The position numbers and the translations under genes are program-made. DNA of 63,845 nucleotides, filler included. It is 6 parts of 6 records of this genome, joined end to end, with 100 filler letters (N's around TTAATTAATTAA, not from the genome) between each part and the next. Parts side by side here need not be neighbours in the genome. Positions count along the whole stretch, not along the records: positions 1 to 19,171 come from DRR723986_8729; 5 more parts are not named here. One strand, written 5' to 3'. Positions 1 to 9,316 of the stretch are shown here, piece after piece. Below the pieces are notes generated by a model. It was not told the origin of the DNA. It ran no database searches and saw only the letters and a list, made by a program, of their open reading frames with translations. The first letter of the stretch is position 1; each line of letters starts with the position of its first letter.

Positions 1-1
1 G

Positions 2-331
2 TGCTTCTCGGCCAACCAGGCCCTGCTCGCAGCCAAGGCCGGTGCAACCTACATCTCGCCGTTCATCGGCCGGCTGGATGATATTCATGCCGACGGGCTT
101 GAGCTGATCCGCGAAATCCGCGTGATCTACGACAACTACGGCTTCGACACGGAAATTCTGGCTGCTTCGATCCGCACGCCGAACCACGTGAAGGATTGCG
201 CCATCATCGGCGCCGACGTCGCGACCGTACCGCCGGCAACGCTGAAGGCACTGGTCAAGCATCCGCTGACCGACAAGGGCCTTGAAGCCTTCCTGGCCGA
301 CTGGGCCAAGACCGGCCAGAGCATTCTCTGA
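2..331 (+). CDS. tal: Transaldolase/fructose-6-phosphate aldolase family (5'-truncated)
   Basis: Frame open from base 2: [27 protein letters not shown]...ILAASIR...[15 protein letters not shown], the typical TalC/FSA C-terminal half. Confidence 0.93.
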   Translation, partial: CFSANQALLAAKAGATYISPFIGRLDDIHADGLELIREIRVIYDNYGFDTEILAASIRTPNHVKDCAIIGADVATVPPATLKALVKHPLTDKGLEAFLADWAKTGQSIL

Positions 332-353
332 CCGCCGACCTTTCAGACGAACG

Positions 354-384
354 AACGGCCCGGATTTCCGGGCCGTTTTTGTTT
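354..384 (+). terminator. Intrinsic terminator
   Basis: AACGGCCCGG-attt-CCGGGCCGTT hairpin followed by a T-rich tail, just after the tal stop. Confidence 0.8.
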
Positions 385-549
385 GCCGTTACCGGCGCCT
401 GCCAAGGGCAAAAGGACGTTCCAATACCTTTTGCCTGGTGTTGGGGGACAAGTCGATCAGGCTGGGAAATCTCAACGGTCCTGTTCACCTCCTGGTAGGG
501 AAGGACCTTTGTCGGCCGGTTTGACGAAAAATAGCCGCCGTGTGGCGCG

Positions 550-1551
550 ATGTTAACGGAACCGTTGGGGATCCGGCATCACATTGGCACCATGTGTGCC
601 GCATCCTTCAAATCCGAATCGCTGCTCGTCACCGCCCGGCCGGAACTCAACCGCCGCATCGACCAGTGGCTTGACCACCTGTCCGATGAGCGACGCCTTT
701 CCGACAAGACCCTGCTTGCCTACGAACGCGACCTGCGCCAGTTCCTGCGCTTCCTGACCAACCATCTGGGCGGGGCACCGGACCTCAAGGAAATTGCGGC
801 GCTCCGCCCCGCCGACTTTCGAGGTTTTCTGGCGAGCCGCCGCCGTGACGGTGCCCAGAGCCGATCGCTCGCCCGCGGCCTTGCCGGGATCCGGTCGTTC
901 CTCAGGTACCTGGAGCGGCGCGGCGAAGTGAACGCCGCGGCGTCTTCCGCCGTGCGGCCACCACGGCAGGCCCGATCCCTGCCGAAACCCGTCTCCTCCA
1001 AGGACGCCATCGACGTGACCAGCGGTGACCTGGCGATGGAACGCGAGCCGTGGCTGGAAGCCCGCAACGCCGCCGTCCTGACCCTGCTGTACGGCTGCGG
1101 CCTGCGGATTTCGGAAGCGTTGTCGCTGACCGGTGCCATGGCCCCCAAAAACGGGACGAAGACACTTCGTGTCGTCGGCAAAGGCGGCAAGGAGCGGATT
1201 GTCCCGATCCTGCCGGCGGTCTGCCAGGCGGTGGAGCACTATCTGAAACTTTGCCCTTACGCGATTTCGCCCAATGGCCCCCTGTTTCTCGGTGCCCGCG
1301 GCGGTCCGCTGAACCCGCGCATGATCCAGCTGGCCATGGCACGCCTGCGCGGTGCATTGGGCCTGCCGGACAGCGCGACCCCGCATGCCCTGCGCCACTC
1401 CTTTGCCACACATCTGCTGGCTGCCGGCGGTGATCTCAGGACTATCCAGGAACTGCTCGGCCACGCCAGTCTTGCCTCAACGCAGATCTATACGGAAATC
1501 GACAGCGCCCATCTCCTGTCTGCCTACGACAAGGCTCATCCGCGCCGTTAG
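550..1551 (+). CDS. xerC: Tyrosine recombinase XerC (start may be ~592)
   Basis: GLRISEAL, GKGGKERIVP, TPHALRHSFATHLL, IQELLGHASLASTQIYT and AHPR motifs (R-K-H-R-H-Y set). Confidence 0.92.
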   Translation: MLTEPLGIRHHIGTMCAASFKSESLLVTARPELNRRIDQWLDHLSDERRLSDKTLLAYERDLRQFLRFLTNHLGGAPDLKEIAALRPADFRGFLASRRRDGAQSRSLARGLAGIRSFLRYLERRGEVNAAASSAVRPPRQARSLPKPVSSKDAIDVTSGDLAMEREPWLEARNAAVLTLLYGCGLRISEALSLTGAMAPKNGTKTLRVVGKGGKERIVPILPAVCQAVEHYLKLCPYAISPNGPLFLGARGGPLNPRMIQLAMARLRGALGLPDSATPHALRHSFATHLLAAGGDLRTIQELLGHASLASTQIYTEIDSAHLLSAYDKAHPRR

Positions 1552-2057
1552 TATCCGTCAGGTTTCGGAAATCCGTAGACTGTCCGTTCCTTGCCATCAG
1601 GAAACATCTCGCGCGCAATCGGCTCGCCGCCAAGTTTGCGCACCAGTCCCCTTGCTGCCTCGTTGTCATCCTTCATATGCGTTTCAACCAGAAGCCAGCC
1701 ATAGACTTCGTAAGCATGGCGGATTGCCGCCTGCGAGACTTCCACGGCTGCACCGGTGCCGCGTGCCTGGGGCATCAGCCACCAGGTCAGCTCCCGTCTC
1801 GGCCAGCCTTCGGGCCAAACGAAGCCGCAACCGCCGATGATATCTGTGCCCGTTTTCGGTTCGATAACCCACATGCCATAGCCGCGCAGTTGCCAGTGGC
1901 CGAGGTGGCTTGCCAGCACGCGCCAGGCGGAATCCGCGCGCAACGGCCCACCATAGAAGTGTGAGGCCTCGCCGTTCTCGTAGAACGCCTTGTAGACTGG
2001 AAAGTCCGGTTCTTCCGGCAAGCGCAGACGAAACCGCGACGTTTCGAGTGATTGCAT
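1548..2057 (-). CDS. GNAT N-acetyltransferase (RimJ/RimL-like)
   Basis: LETSRFRLRLP start, GHWQLRGYGMW, PEGWP..ELTWWL..ARGTG, N..A..L..KLG; ATG at 2057. Confidence 0.85.
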   Translation of the reverse strand: MQSLETSRFRLRLPEEPDFPVYKAFYENGEASHFYGGPLRADSAWRVLASHLGHWQLRGYGMWVIEPKTGTDIIGGCGFVWPEGWPRRELTWWLMPQARGTGAAVEVSQAAIRHAYEVYGWLLVETHMKDDNEAARGLVRKLGGEPIAREMFPDGKERTVYGFPKPDGY

Positions 2058-2181
2058 GATAAGTCTCTGTTGTTTGCGGGGAATTTCGTTCGATTCCCAT
2101 GATAGTTCCAACTCCGTTGTAGCCGCTTCCGCCACAAACGGTTAGGTTGCTGAAACAGCCTGTTTCGCCGGGAGATAACGA

Positions 2182-2586
2182 ATGCGTCTGATACTACTCG
2201 CAGCCGGTCTTCTTCTACTGTCGGCAGCGCCCTCGTTGGCGCAGCGCGTCTACTGTCCACTTCCCGAAGACGGCGTCTGGGTCAATGCGAATGCCAAACC
2301 GAAGGAGATCTCGCGCGTCGAGGTGGAAAGCCGCTGCGAGAATGAAGCGGTGCATGTGCGCGTACGCGCATTCACCTCCTGCATCCCGCGTGACTGCAAG
2401 TGGGGCTGGACCAAAGGGGAAATGCGCTCAGATGGTGCCATTCAGGTGCTGCTGATCGGTTTCTTGAGCAGCAAGCAATTGACATTGCGGGCCTTTGGCG
2501 AGCTTCTGGATGTTCACGTGATCAACGCCGTCAACGATCTGTCCGAACCGCGAACCGAGACCACCTACAATCTCCAGCGGGAGTAA
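2182..2586 (+). CDS. Hypothetical secreted Cys-containing protein
   Basis: Signal peptide (MRLILLAAGLLLLSAAPSLA), GGAG RBS, four Cys including CIPRDCKWG. Confidence 0.7.
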   Translation: MRLILLAAGLLLLSAAPSLAQRVYCPLPEDGVWVNANAKPKEISRVEVESRCENEAVHVRVRAFTSCIPRDCKWGWTKGEMRSDGAIQVLLIGFLSSKQLTLRAFGELLDVHVINAVNDLSEPRTETTYNLQRE

Positions 2587-2705
2587 CCGGTCAGGGGCAG
2601 TGCGACGACAATCGCCTTTCGCTTTTTCCTTGTCAGACCTCCGTTTTCCCTTACCTTACGTAAGACTGCGCAAGTGTAGCGCAGGCCAACGGACGGAGAT
2701 GTAAC

Positions 2706-2939
2706 ATGCGCCTATTGAGCACCGGCATTGCGGCCCTTGCCGTAACCGCGTTTGCAATTGCACCGGCCGCTGCATGCAGCTGGAACAAGACAGCCCAGTC
2801 CAAACAGATGACAGTGGCGGAAACGCCCGTCCTCCCGGACACCGACTCGGATGTGGCCATCGCCACCAACGATCTCAGCGATGCAATCGTAAGCGAGACC
2901 GTAATTCAGCCGACCACCGGCGAAACCGTGTCGGAGTGA
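2706..2939 (+). CDS. Small hypothetical secreted protein
   Basis: GGAG RBS, signal peptide ending APAAA-C, acidic tail, followed by a terminator. Confidence 0.65.
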   Translation: MRLLSTGIAALAVTAFAIAPAAACSWNKTAQSKQMTVAETPVLPDTDSDVAIATNDLSDAIVSETVIQPTTGETVSE

Positions 2940-2970
2940 CCCCCACCGGTAAACAAGCTCCAGACCAAGA

Positions 2971-2997
2971 CCCGCTGCTCCGCAGCGGGCTTTTTTT
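2971..2997 (+). terminator. Intrinsic terminator
   Basis: CCCGCTGC-tcc-GCAGCGGG followed by cTTTTTTT. Confidence 0.85.
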
Positions 2998-3112
2998 CGG
3001 CTGAGTACCTTCTGCACGAAATCTGCTGAAACCTGCCTTCATCGGGCCGTATCGACGCCTCAATAGCCCGGCTCACTGGTGATTATCCTGAAGAACCGGT
3101 TGATACAGTCTC

Positions 3113-4066
3113 ATGATTTCCAGACGCCGTTTCCTGCAAACCTGTGGCATCGCAATGCTGGGTGCCGTTTCCGCTCCTGCCTACGCGATTGGCGTTGAGC
3201 CTTTTCGGCTCAGCCTGAAGCATTATCACCTGACGCCTCCACGATGGCCCAGAGGGCTGAACCTGAAAGCCGCGCTGATAGCCGACCCGCATGTCTGCGA
3301 TCCCTGGATGGGGCTGGAGCGGGTTCGCTCCATCGTCCGGCAGACCAACGCGCTGAAGCCTGACATCATCCTGATGCTGGGCGACTATGTGGCCAGCCAC
3401 AAATGGCAATACGACCCGATCCCGCCACAGGCATGGGCTGATCTCTTCGGTGATCTGTCGGCCCCGCTCGGGACCCACGCCATTCTCGGCAATCACGACT
3501 GGTGGGACGACGCGGACGCACAGCTGACTGGCGGTGGGCCGACCAGATATGGTCAAGCGCTGCTGAACGCCGGCATTCCCCTTTACCAGAACCGGGCTCA
3601 ACGGTTCGAGAAGGATGGCCAGGCTTTCTGGCTTGCCGGCGTCGACGACCAGTTGGCGCTGAGACCGCACCGCAAGATCAAACGGCACCGCTGGAAAGGT
3701 TTGGATGACCTGACCGGCACGCTTGCCCAGGTGACGGACGATGCGCCCGTGCTGCTGATGGCACATGAGCCCGACATCATCCGCGAAGTGCCGGGCCGCG
3801 TCAGCCTGACGCTCAGCGGTCACACCCATGGCGGGCAGGTCAACTGTTTCGGTTACAAACCTGCCTTTCCCAAACGCAGCGTCAAAAGCTACGCCTATGG
3901 CCACATCGTTGAAACGGAAGGGACGAAGCTGGCAAGGCACCTTGGCCTTGAAACGGAGCCCCGCCACCTCATCGTTTCCGGAGGTCTTGGCTGCTCGATC
4001 CTGCCGGTCCGATTCGGTGTTCCTCCGGAAATAACGGTGGTGCATCTGGGAAGCACCACCACTTGA
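3113..4066 (+). CDS. Calcineurin-like metallophosphoesterase (YkuE/YaeI-like) with Tat signal
   Basis: SRRRFL twin-arginine motif; DPH, GDY, GNHD, HEPD and GHTHGGQ metal-binding motifs. Confidence 0.9.
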   Translation: MISRRRFLQTCGIAMLGAVSAPAYAIGVEPFRLSLKHYHLTPPRWPRGLNLKAALIADPHVCDPWMGLERVRSIVRQTNALKPDIILMLGDYVASHKWQYDPIPPQAWADLFGDLSAPLGTHAILGNHDWWDDADAQLTGGGPTRYGQALLNAGIPLYQNRAQRFEKDGQAFWLAGVDDQLALRPHRKIKRHRWKGLDDLTGTLAQVTDDAPVLLMAHEPDIIREVPGRVSLTLSGHTHGGQVNCFGYKPAFPKRSVKSYAYGHIVETEGTKLARHLGLETEPRHLIVSGGLGCSILPVRFGVPPEITVVHLGSTTT

Positions 4067-4088
4067 GTCATGTTCTGGAAAGGGCGAA

Positions 4089-4727
4089 TTATTCAGCCGC
4101 CACTTCGTGCTCCGTCTTGTGCCGGTATTCCTTTATGGCCTGGCTCAGGATCTGGACCGAGGAACTGACGAAGAGCGCCGCCATGAGACCGGCGACAATC
4201 AGGTCCGGCCAGGCGCTTGCCGTTCCCCAGACACCGGCGGCCGCCAGCATGACGGCGACGTTGCCTATGGCATCGTTGCGCGAACACAGCCAGACGGAGC
4301 GCACATTGGCATCACCGTCCTTGTATCGGACCAGCAGCAGGACACTGGCAAGGTTTACGGCCAGCGCCAGAAAGCCGATGGAGCCCATCACCGCGGCCTG
4401 CGGTACGCCAAGCACGAACACCTGATAGAGCGTGGTGCCGGCCACCCAGACACCCATCAGAAACAGGCTTGTGCCCTTTGCAAGCGCAGCCAGGGCCCGG
4501 GTCTTCAGCGATGCGCCAATGACAGCCAATGATATGCCGTAGGTGACCGCATCGCCGAAGAAATCGAGGGCGTCGGCCTGCAGCGCCTTTGAGCCGGCTG
4601 CCTGGCCGGCAATCATCTCGACGATGAACATGCCACCGTTCAACGCGATCACCAGCCAGAGCCGGCGGCGATAGTCCTTCGACATTCCGTCAAATGTTCC
4701 GTGGGAATGTCCGCAACAGGCACCCAT
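4089..4727 (-). CDS. CDF-family cation efflux transporter (short form, no C-terminal domain)
   Basis: ALQADALDFFGD, WLCSRNDAIGN and WPDL motifs; N-terminal CCGHSH; divergent from a MerR gene. Confidence 0.88.
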   Translation of the reverse strand: MGACCGHSHGTFDGMSKDYRRRLWLVIALNGGMFIVEMIAGQAAGSKALQADALDFFGDAVTYGISLAVIGASLKTRALAALAKGTSLFLMGVWVAGTTLYQVFVLGVPQAAVMGSIGFLALAVNLASVLLLVRYKDGDANVRSVWLCSRNDAIGNVAVMLAAAGVWGTASAWPDLIVAGLMAALFVSSSVQILSQAIKEYRHKTEHEVAAE

Positions 4728-4770
4728 GATGCACTCCTTGTTCGAGTCGCTTGATTTTCGGTTCCTGTCC

Positions 4771-4801
4771 CTTGTAATTGCTATAGCGACTAGAGCTTCA
4801 A
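4771..4801 (-). promoter_or_regulatory. MerR-type promoter/operator of the CDF gene
   Basis: Minus strand reads TTGAAG-(19 nt: ctctagtcgctatagcaat)-TACAAG. An imperfect dyad GCTCTAG-tcg-CTATAGC overlaps the spacer. Confidence 0.75.
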
Positions 4802-4811
4802 GAGGCTTTTT

Positions 4812-5231
4812 ATGGATTTTTCAATTGGTGACCTTTCAAGACGGACCGGCGTGAAGGTTCCGACGATTCGTTATTACGAAAAGGAAGGCCTGCTGGAAGC
4901 GCCGATCCGCAGCGAGGGCAACCAGAGGCGCTACCGGTCCAGCGACCTGGAAAGGCTTGGCTTCATCAAGCATTGCCGCGACCTCGGCCTGCCAATGCCG
5001 GCCATCCGTGATTTGATAGACCTCAGCCAGCATCCGGACAAACCGTGCGAAACCGCCAACCGGATTGCCGAAGATCAGTTGAAGGCAGTGCGCCAGCGGA
5101 TTGCCCACCTGCGCAAACTGGAGGCGGAGTTGAAGCGTATCGCAACAAGCTGCGAAGGCGACCACACGGTGACCGAATGCAACGTTCTGAAGGCTTTCGG
5201 CGACCATGGCCTCTGCCTGAAGGAGCACTGA
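4812..5231 (+). CDS. MerR-family metal-responsive regulator (CadR/ZntR-like)
   Basis: SIGDLSRRTGVKVPTIRYYEKEGLL HTH, GNQRRY, conserved Cys (PC; C-x7-C). Confidence 0.92.
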   Translation: MDFSIGDLSRRTGVKVPTIRYYEKEGLLEAPIRSEGNQRRYRSSDLERLGFIKHCRDLGLPMPAIRDLIDLSQHPDKPCETANRIAEDQLKAVRQRIAHLRKLEAELKRIATSCEGDHTVTECNVLKAFGDHGLCLKEH

Positions 5232-5331
5232 CAAGCCTTTTTGCCAGGATTCAGGCAAGCCTTGTCCAGTCCCGTGTCCCCCCCTACGGCACGCACGTTC
5301 GTGCCGATGGCAACCGCCAGGGAGCGTGCTG

Positions 5332-6870
5332 CTAGCTTTCGTCTATCGGTCTTGGTTCGGTGCCTGAGCCGAGTTCCGTTGCCATCACCGTTCCACCTAG
5401 CCTTTCCAGACGCATCATTGTCCAGCGTTTGGCAGGCAGATTACAGGAATGACGGCCCAGAATGCAGGAGAACTGGAGAACGTGGGGATAGTCGTTCTTC
5501 GGCCAAACCCTTTCAGCAACGTCATGCCTGCCCTTCAGGTAGCCGAGCAGGGTATATTCGCTGACATACCAGACGTCGCCTTCCTTCAGGTCTCCCATAC
5601 TGGTCGGCCGCCCCTTGGGAAATGTGCCTCCCCAAGTCCAGGACAGGGCACCGGACGTTTTCTGATCCAGAAAATGGTGGGCCATCGTTTCGTCGATAAA
5701 GACCCGCTTTCCATCCGCCAGATCCTGCCGGTAGGCCTCGACCACCGCTTGCCTGTTCGGCAAAGGTTCCGACAACACATAAAAAACGATGAAGTTGGAG
5801 GAAAGCGCCAGCACCAATGCGGCGCAAAGGCCAAGCTTCACCCTGTGCCAGCGGTCTTTCAACAGCACGTCGACCGCCAGCAGAAACAACATTGCGGCCG
5901 CAAGATTCCGGATCAGCGGCCGGTCATGCACGAAGGCGCCGAAGAATTGTCCAACGGCAAGGCAAAAGCCGATTATCCCGGCGGTGCGGGACTTACGGAA
6001 AACAACCCAAGATACGCCTGCAAACATGGCAGCCCGGAAGATCGCTTCCACATTGAACTTGCCGGAGCCATGTGACCGGCTGGAGTGATAGGCGATCTGC
6101 CGGAAGAACTCGGCGAACTCGAAGTTCACCGAGACCGCAAACAGGGCAACGGCAATCGCGAGGGCGACAAGGCCTTCACTCAGCACACGAACGAGGCTTG
6201 CCTGCCGTGTCCTGAGCCTCCAGATCTGAAGAACGGCAATGACGCCAACACTCCAGGCAAGCATGGACAGTGCAGTCAGCGGAGCAATTCCCAAAAGCGC
6301 GGTACCCGCAACGGCGGAAACAGTTTCCGGACCGGTCTGCCGCGTGTCACCCGTACCTGCCCTGACTGCAACCGGCAGGACCAGCAGCAGCCCGAGCATC
6401 CAGATGAATGAACCCGTCAGTTCCAGCCGGAAGCCGGAAACGACATACATGGGCGCAAAGATCAACGGTGTGAAAAGCGCAGCGGTGCGAAGGTTCAATC
6501 TGAGGCAGAACACCACGAAGACCAGGCTGGTTGCCACGTAACAGAGGAATTCGAACAGGACGATTGTCGCGGTGCTGATCCCGGCGGCTTTCAAAAACCA
6601 TCCGGACAGAATGAAATGAAGCCTTGGCTGGAGATGATAGGATTCCAGCCCCGGGAACTGGACCGCAAGAAGGGGATTCAAGTGACGGCCCGTTTGCGCA
6701 AATTCGGATGCCCACGGAATAAAGAAGAGGTCATCCACGTAGGGAATGGTTCGCTCCGGCCAGAAAAACACCAGGCCGCAAACCAACGGCAATACGCCCC
6801 CTGCAACGACTGGCAGCCAGCCGCGGGTGAGATTCAGATTTTGATTGTTGCCCCGTTGCCTTTCAAGCAA
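5332..6870 (-). CDS. Polytopic membrane protein, possibly GT-C-fold glycosyltransferase-like
   Basis: Many hydrophobic segments, acidic PYVDD after the first TM helix, soluble C-terminal domain. Confidence 0.55.
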   Translation of the reverse strand: MLERQRGNNQNLNLTRGWLPVVAGGVLPLVCGLVFFWPERTIPYVDDLFFIPWASEFAQTGRHLNPLLAVQFPGLESYHLQPRLHFILSGWFLKAAGISTATIVLFEFLCYVATSLVFVVFCLRLNLRTAALFTPLIFAPMYVVSGFRLELTGSFIWMLGLLLVLPVAVRAGTGDTRQTGPETVSAVAGTALLGIAPLTALSMLAWSVGVIAVLQIWRLRTRQASLVRVLSEGLVALAIAVALFAVSVNFEFAEFFRQIAYHSSRSHGSGKFNVEAIFRAAMFAGVSWVVFRKSRTAGIIGFCLAVGQFFGAFVHDRPLIRNLAAAMLFLLAVDVLLKDRWHRVKLGLCAALVLALSSNFIVFYVLSEPLPNRQAVVEAYRQDLADGKRVFIDETMAHHFLDQKTSGALSWTWGGTFPKGRPTSMGDLKEGDVWYVSEYTLLGYLKGRHDVAERVWPKNDYPHVLQFSCILGRHSCNLPAKRWTMMRLERLGGTVMATELGSGTEPRPIDES

Positions 6871-7018
6871 AGCATCTCCTGCCTTTTGTTGAAATGCACC
6901 ACCCCTGACAGGACAACACTCTAGCGCATTAGTTGCAGATGCGCGGCATTTTTTACGTTTACTTGCAGAACTTCAAACTTGAATGGCGTCTGCCGGTCCG
7001 CAGGACGGCCGATCCAAC

Positions 7019-7055
7019 AAAAATGTTACGGGGCACCCGGTGACCGGATGCCCCG
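7019..7055 (-). terminator. Terminator downstream of lpdA
   Basis: CGGGGCACCCGG-tga-CCGGATGCCCCG hairpin with a T-rich tail on the minus strand. Confidence 0.6.
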
Positions 7056-7089
7056 AACCGATATCGAAAAGACATCGTTCAAGCGTTGA

Positions 7090-8493
7090 TTACGCGTGGA
7101 TGGACTTCGCAAATGCGCCGAGAGCCGCCTCCTTGACCGCTTCCGACATGGTCGGGTGGGCGTGGCAGGTGCGCGCAAGGTCTTCGGAAGATCCACCGAA
7201 TTCCATCAGGACAGCAGCTTCGTGGATCATCTCACCGGCACCGAAGCCGACGATGTGAACACCAAGCACGCGGTCGGTCTTTGCGTCCGCCAGAACTTTG
7301 GCAAAACCGTCGGTCTTGTTCATGGCGCGCGCGCGGCCGTTTGCGGAGAAGACGAATTTGCCGGTCTTGTACTCGACGCCGGCCGCCTTCAGTTCTTCCT
7401 CGGTCTTGCCGACGGAAGCGACCTCCGGCTGGGTGTAGACAACACCCGGGATGACATCATAGTTCACGTGACCAGCCTGGCCTGCCAGCATTTCGGCAAC
7501 GGCAACGCCTTCGTCCTCGGCCTTGTGGGCCAGCATCGGACCGACGACCACATCGCCGATGGCGTAGATGCCGTCGACATTGGTCTTGTAGTGGGTGTCG
7601 ATCTTGACGCGGCCGCGCTCGTCCAGGGCAACACCTGCCCCATCAAGGCCCAGGCCTTCCGTGTATGGACGGCGACCGATGGCAACCAGAACGATGTCGG
7701 CCTCGAGAACCTGCGCATCGCCGCCCTTTGCCGGTTCTACAGTCACGGCAAGGCCCTTGCCTTTCTTCTCGACACCCGTGACCTTGGAGGACAGCTTGAA
7801 TTCCATGCCCTGCTTTTTCAGCATGCGCTGGAAGTTCTTGGAAACGTCACCGTCCATCGGGCCGAGGATCTTGTCCATGAACTCCACCACGGTCACTTCC
7901 GACCCGAGACGGTTCCAGACGGAGCCGAGCTCAAGGCCGATGACACCACCACCGACGACGAGCAGCTTGCCGGGCACCTTGTCCAGTTCCAGAGCGCCGG
8001 TGGAAGAGACCACCTGCTTCTCATCGATCTCGACACCCGGCAGCGGCATGACGTCGGAACCGGTGGCAATCACGATGTTCTTCGTTTCCAGTACGCTTGC
8101 CTTGCCGTCGGCATCGGTAACTTCGACCTTGCCTTTGGCCAGGATCTTGCCGGTACCGGTGTGAACGTCGATCTTGTTCTTCTTCATCAGGAAGGCAACG
8201 CCGTTCACATTGGCGTCGACCACACCGGTCTTGTGTTCCATCATCGCCGGCAGATCGAGCTTGGGCTTTGCGACCTTGATGCCGAGTTTTTCGAAACCGT
8301 GGCCGGCTTCCTCGAACATTTCCGAGGCATGCAGCAGCGCCTTGGACGGGATGCAGCCGATGTTGAGGCAGGTGCCGCCAAGCGTTGCGCGTTTTTCGAC
8401 GACAGCCGTTTTCAGGCCGAGCTGCGCAGCCTTGATCGCGCAGACGTAGCCGCCAGGACCGGTTCCGATGACGACGAGATCATATTGGGACAT
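7090..8493 (-). CDS. lpdA: Dihydrolipoyl dehydrogenase (E3)
   Basis: [20 protein letters not shown] and HAHPTMSE motifs. Confidence 0.97.
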   Translation of the reverse strand: MSQYDLVVIGTGPGGYVCAIKAAQLGLKTAVVEKRATLGGTCLNIGCIPSKALLHASEMFEEAGHGFEKLGIKVAKPKLDLPAMMEHKTGVVDANVNGVAFLMKKNKIDVHTGTGKILAKGKVEVTDADGKASVLETKNIVIATGSDVMPLPGVEIDEKQVVSSTGALELDKVPGKLLVVGGGVIGLELGSVWNRLGSEVTVVEFMDKILGPMDGDVSKNFQRMLKKQGMEFKLSSKVTGVEKKGKGLAVTVEPAKGGDAQVLEADIVLVAIGRRPYTEGLGLDGAGVALDERGRVKIDTHYKTNVDGIYAIGDVVVGPMLAHKAEDEGVAVAEMLAGQAGHVNYDVIPGVVYTQPEVASVGKTEEELKAAGVEYKTGKFVFSANGRARAMNKTDGFAKVLADAKTDRVLGVHIVGFGAGEMIHEAAVLMEFGGSSEDLARTCHAHPTMSEAVKEAALGAFAKSIHA

Positions 8494-8535
8494 TTTGGTC
8501 GCCTTTGCCTCTTTCATTTCTGGTTTGAATGGGGG

Positions 8536-9294
8536 TTAGGGAAGGATTGCCCGGCCGCCGGAGACATCGAGGATGGCACCGGTCGTATAGCTGGACTGGT
8601 CGGAGAGAAGCCACAGAATCGCTTCGGCCACCTCGTCGGCGGTTCCGGCACGTTTCATCGGCAGTTTGGACCTGAGCTGGGCCACCCGGTCAGGATGGCC
8701 GCCCGAGGCGTGGATATCGGTGTCGATAATGCCGGGACGAATACCGTTGACGCGAACACCTTCGTCGGCAACTTCCAGCGCCAATCCGACAGTCATGGTA
8801 TCGATAGCCCCCTTGGAGGCTGCATAGTCGACATATTGGGAAGGTGACCCCAGCTTGGAGGCTGCAGACCCGAGATTGACGATCACACCGCCGGTGCCGC
8901 CATGCTTGGTCGACATGCGCCTGACCGCTTCGCGGGCACACAGGAAGGCGCCGATCACGTTGATGGAGAACATTCGTGTCAGACGTTCCAGGGTCATTTC
9001 ATCGACGCGCTGGGAATAGTCGACAACACCGGCATTGTTGACCAGGCCCTTGAGGGTGCCGAGCTTGTCGGCTTCGGCGAAAAGATGCAGCACGTCGGCT
9101 TCGTTCTGGACGTCACCCTGAACTGCCACGGCCTCGCCGCCGGCCGCCTTGATTTCCTCGACGAGAGCATCAGCGGCAGCCTGGTTGTGCGTGTAGTTGA
9201 CGATCACCTTGTGACCGAGCGCCGCAACCTTGCGGCTGACGGCAGCGCCGATCCCCCGGCTCCCGCCCGTTACCAATACAACCGTGTCAGTCAT
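8536..9294 (-). CDS. SDR family oxidoreductase (YgfF-like)
   Basis: TGGSRGIG, NNAG, YAASK. Confidence 0.92.
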   Translation of the reverse strand: MTDTVVLVTGGSRGIGAAVSRKVAALGHKVIVNYTHNQAAADALVEEIKAAGGEAVAVQGDVQNEADVLHLFAEADKLGTLKGLVNNAGVVDYSQRVDEMTLERLTRMFSINVIGAFLCAREAVRRMSTKHGGTGGVIVNLGSAASKLGSPSQYVDYAASKGAIDTMTVGLALEVADEGVRVNGIRPGIIDTDIHASGGHPDRVAQLRSKLPMKRAGTADEVAEAILWLLSDQSSYTTGAILDVSGGRAILP

Positions 9295-9316
9295 GAATTC
9301 CCACCGGCTCCCGTTC

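Noticed and set aside
550..1551. Tyrosine recombinase as a possible island or prophage integrase
   Set aside because: Sequence and context (near tal and lpdA) fit housekeeping XerC; no att repeats or phage genes.
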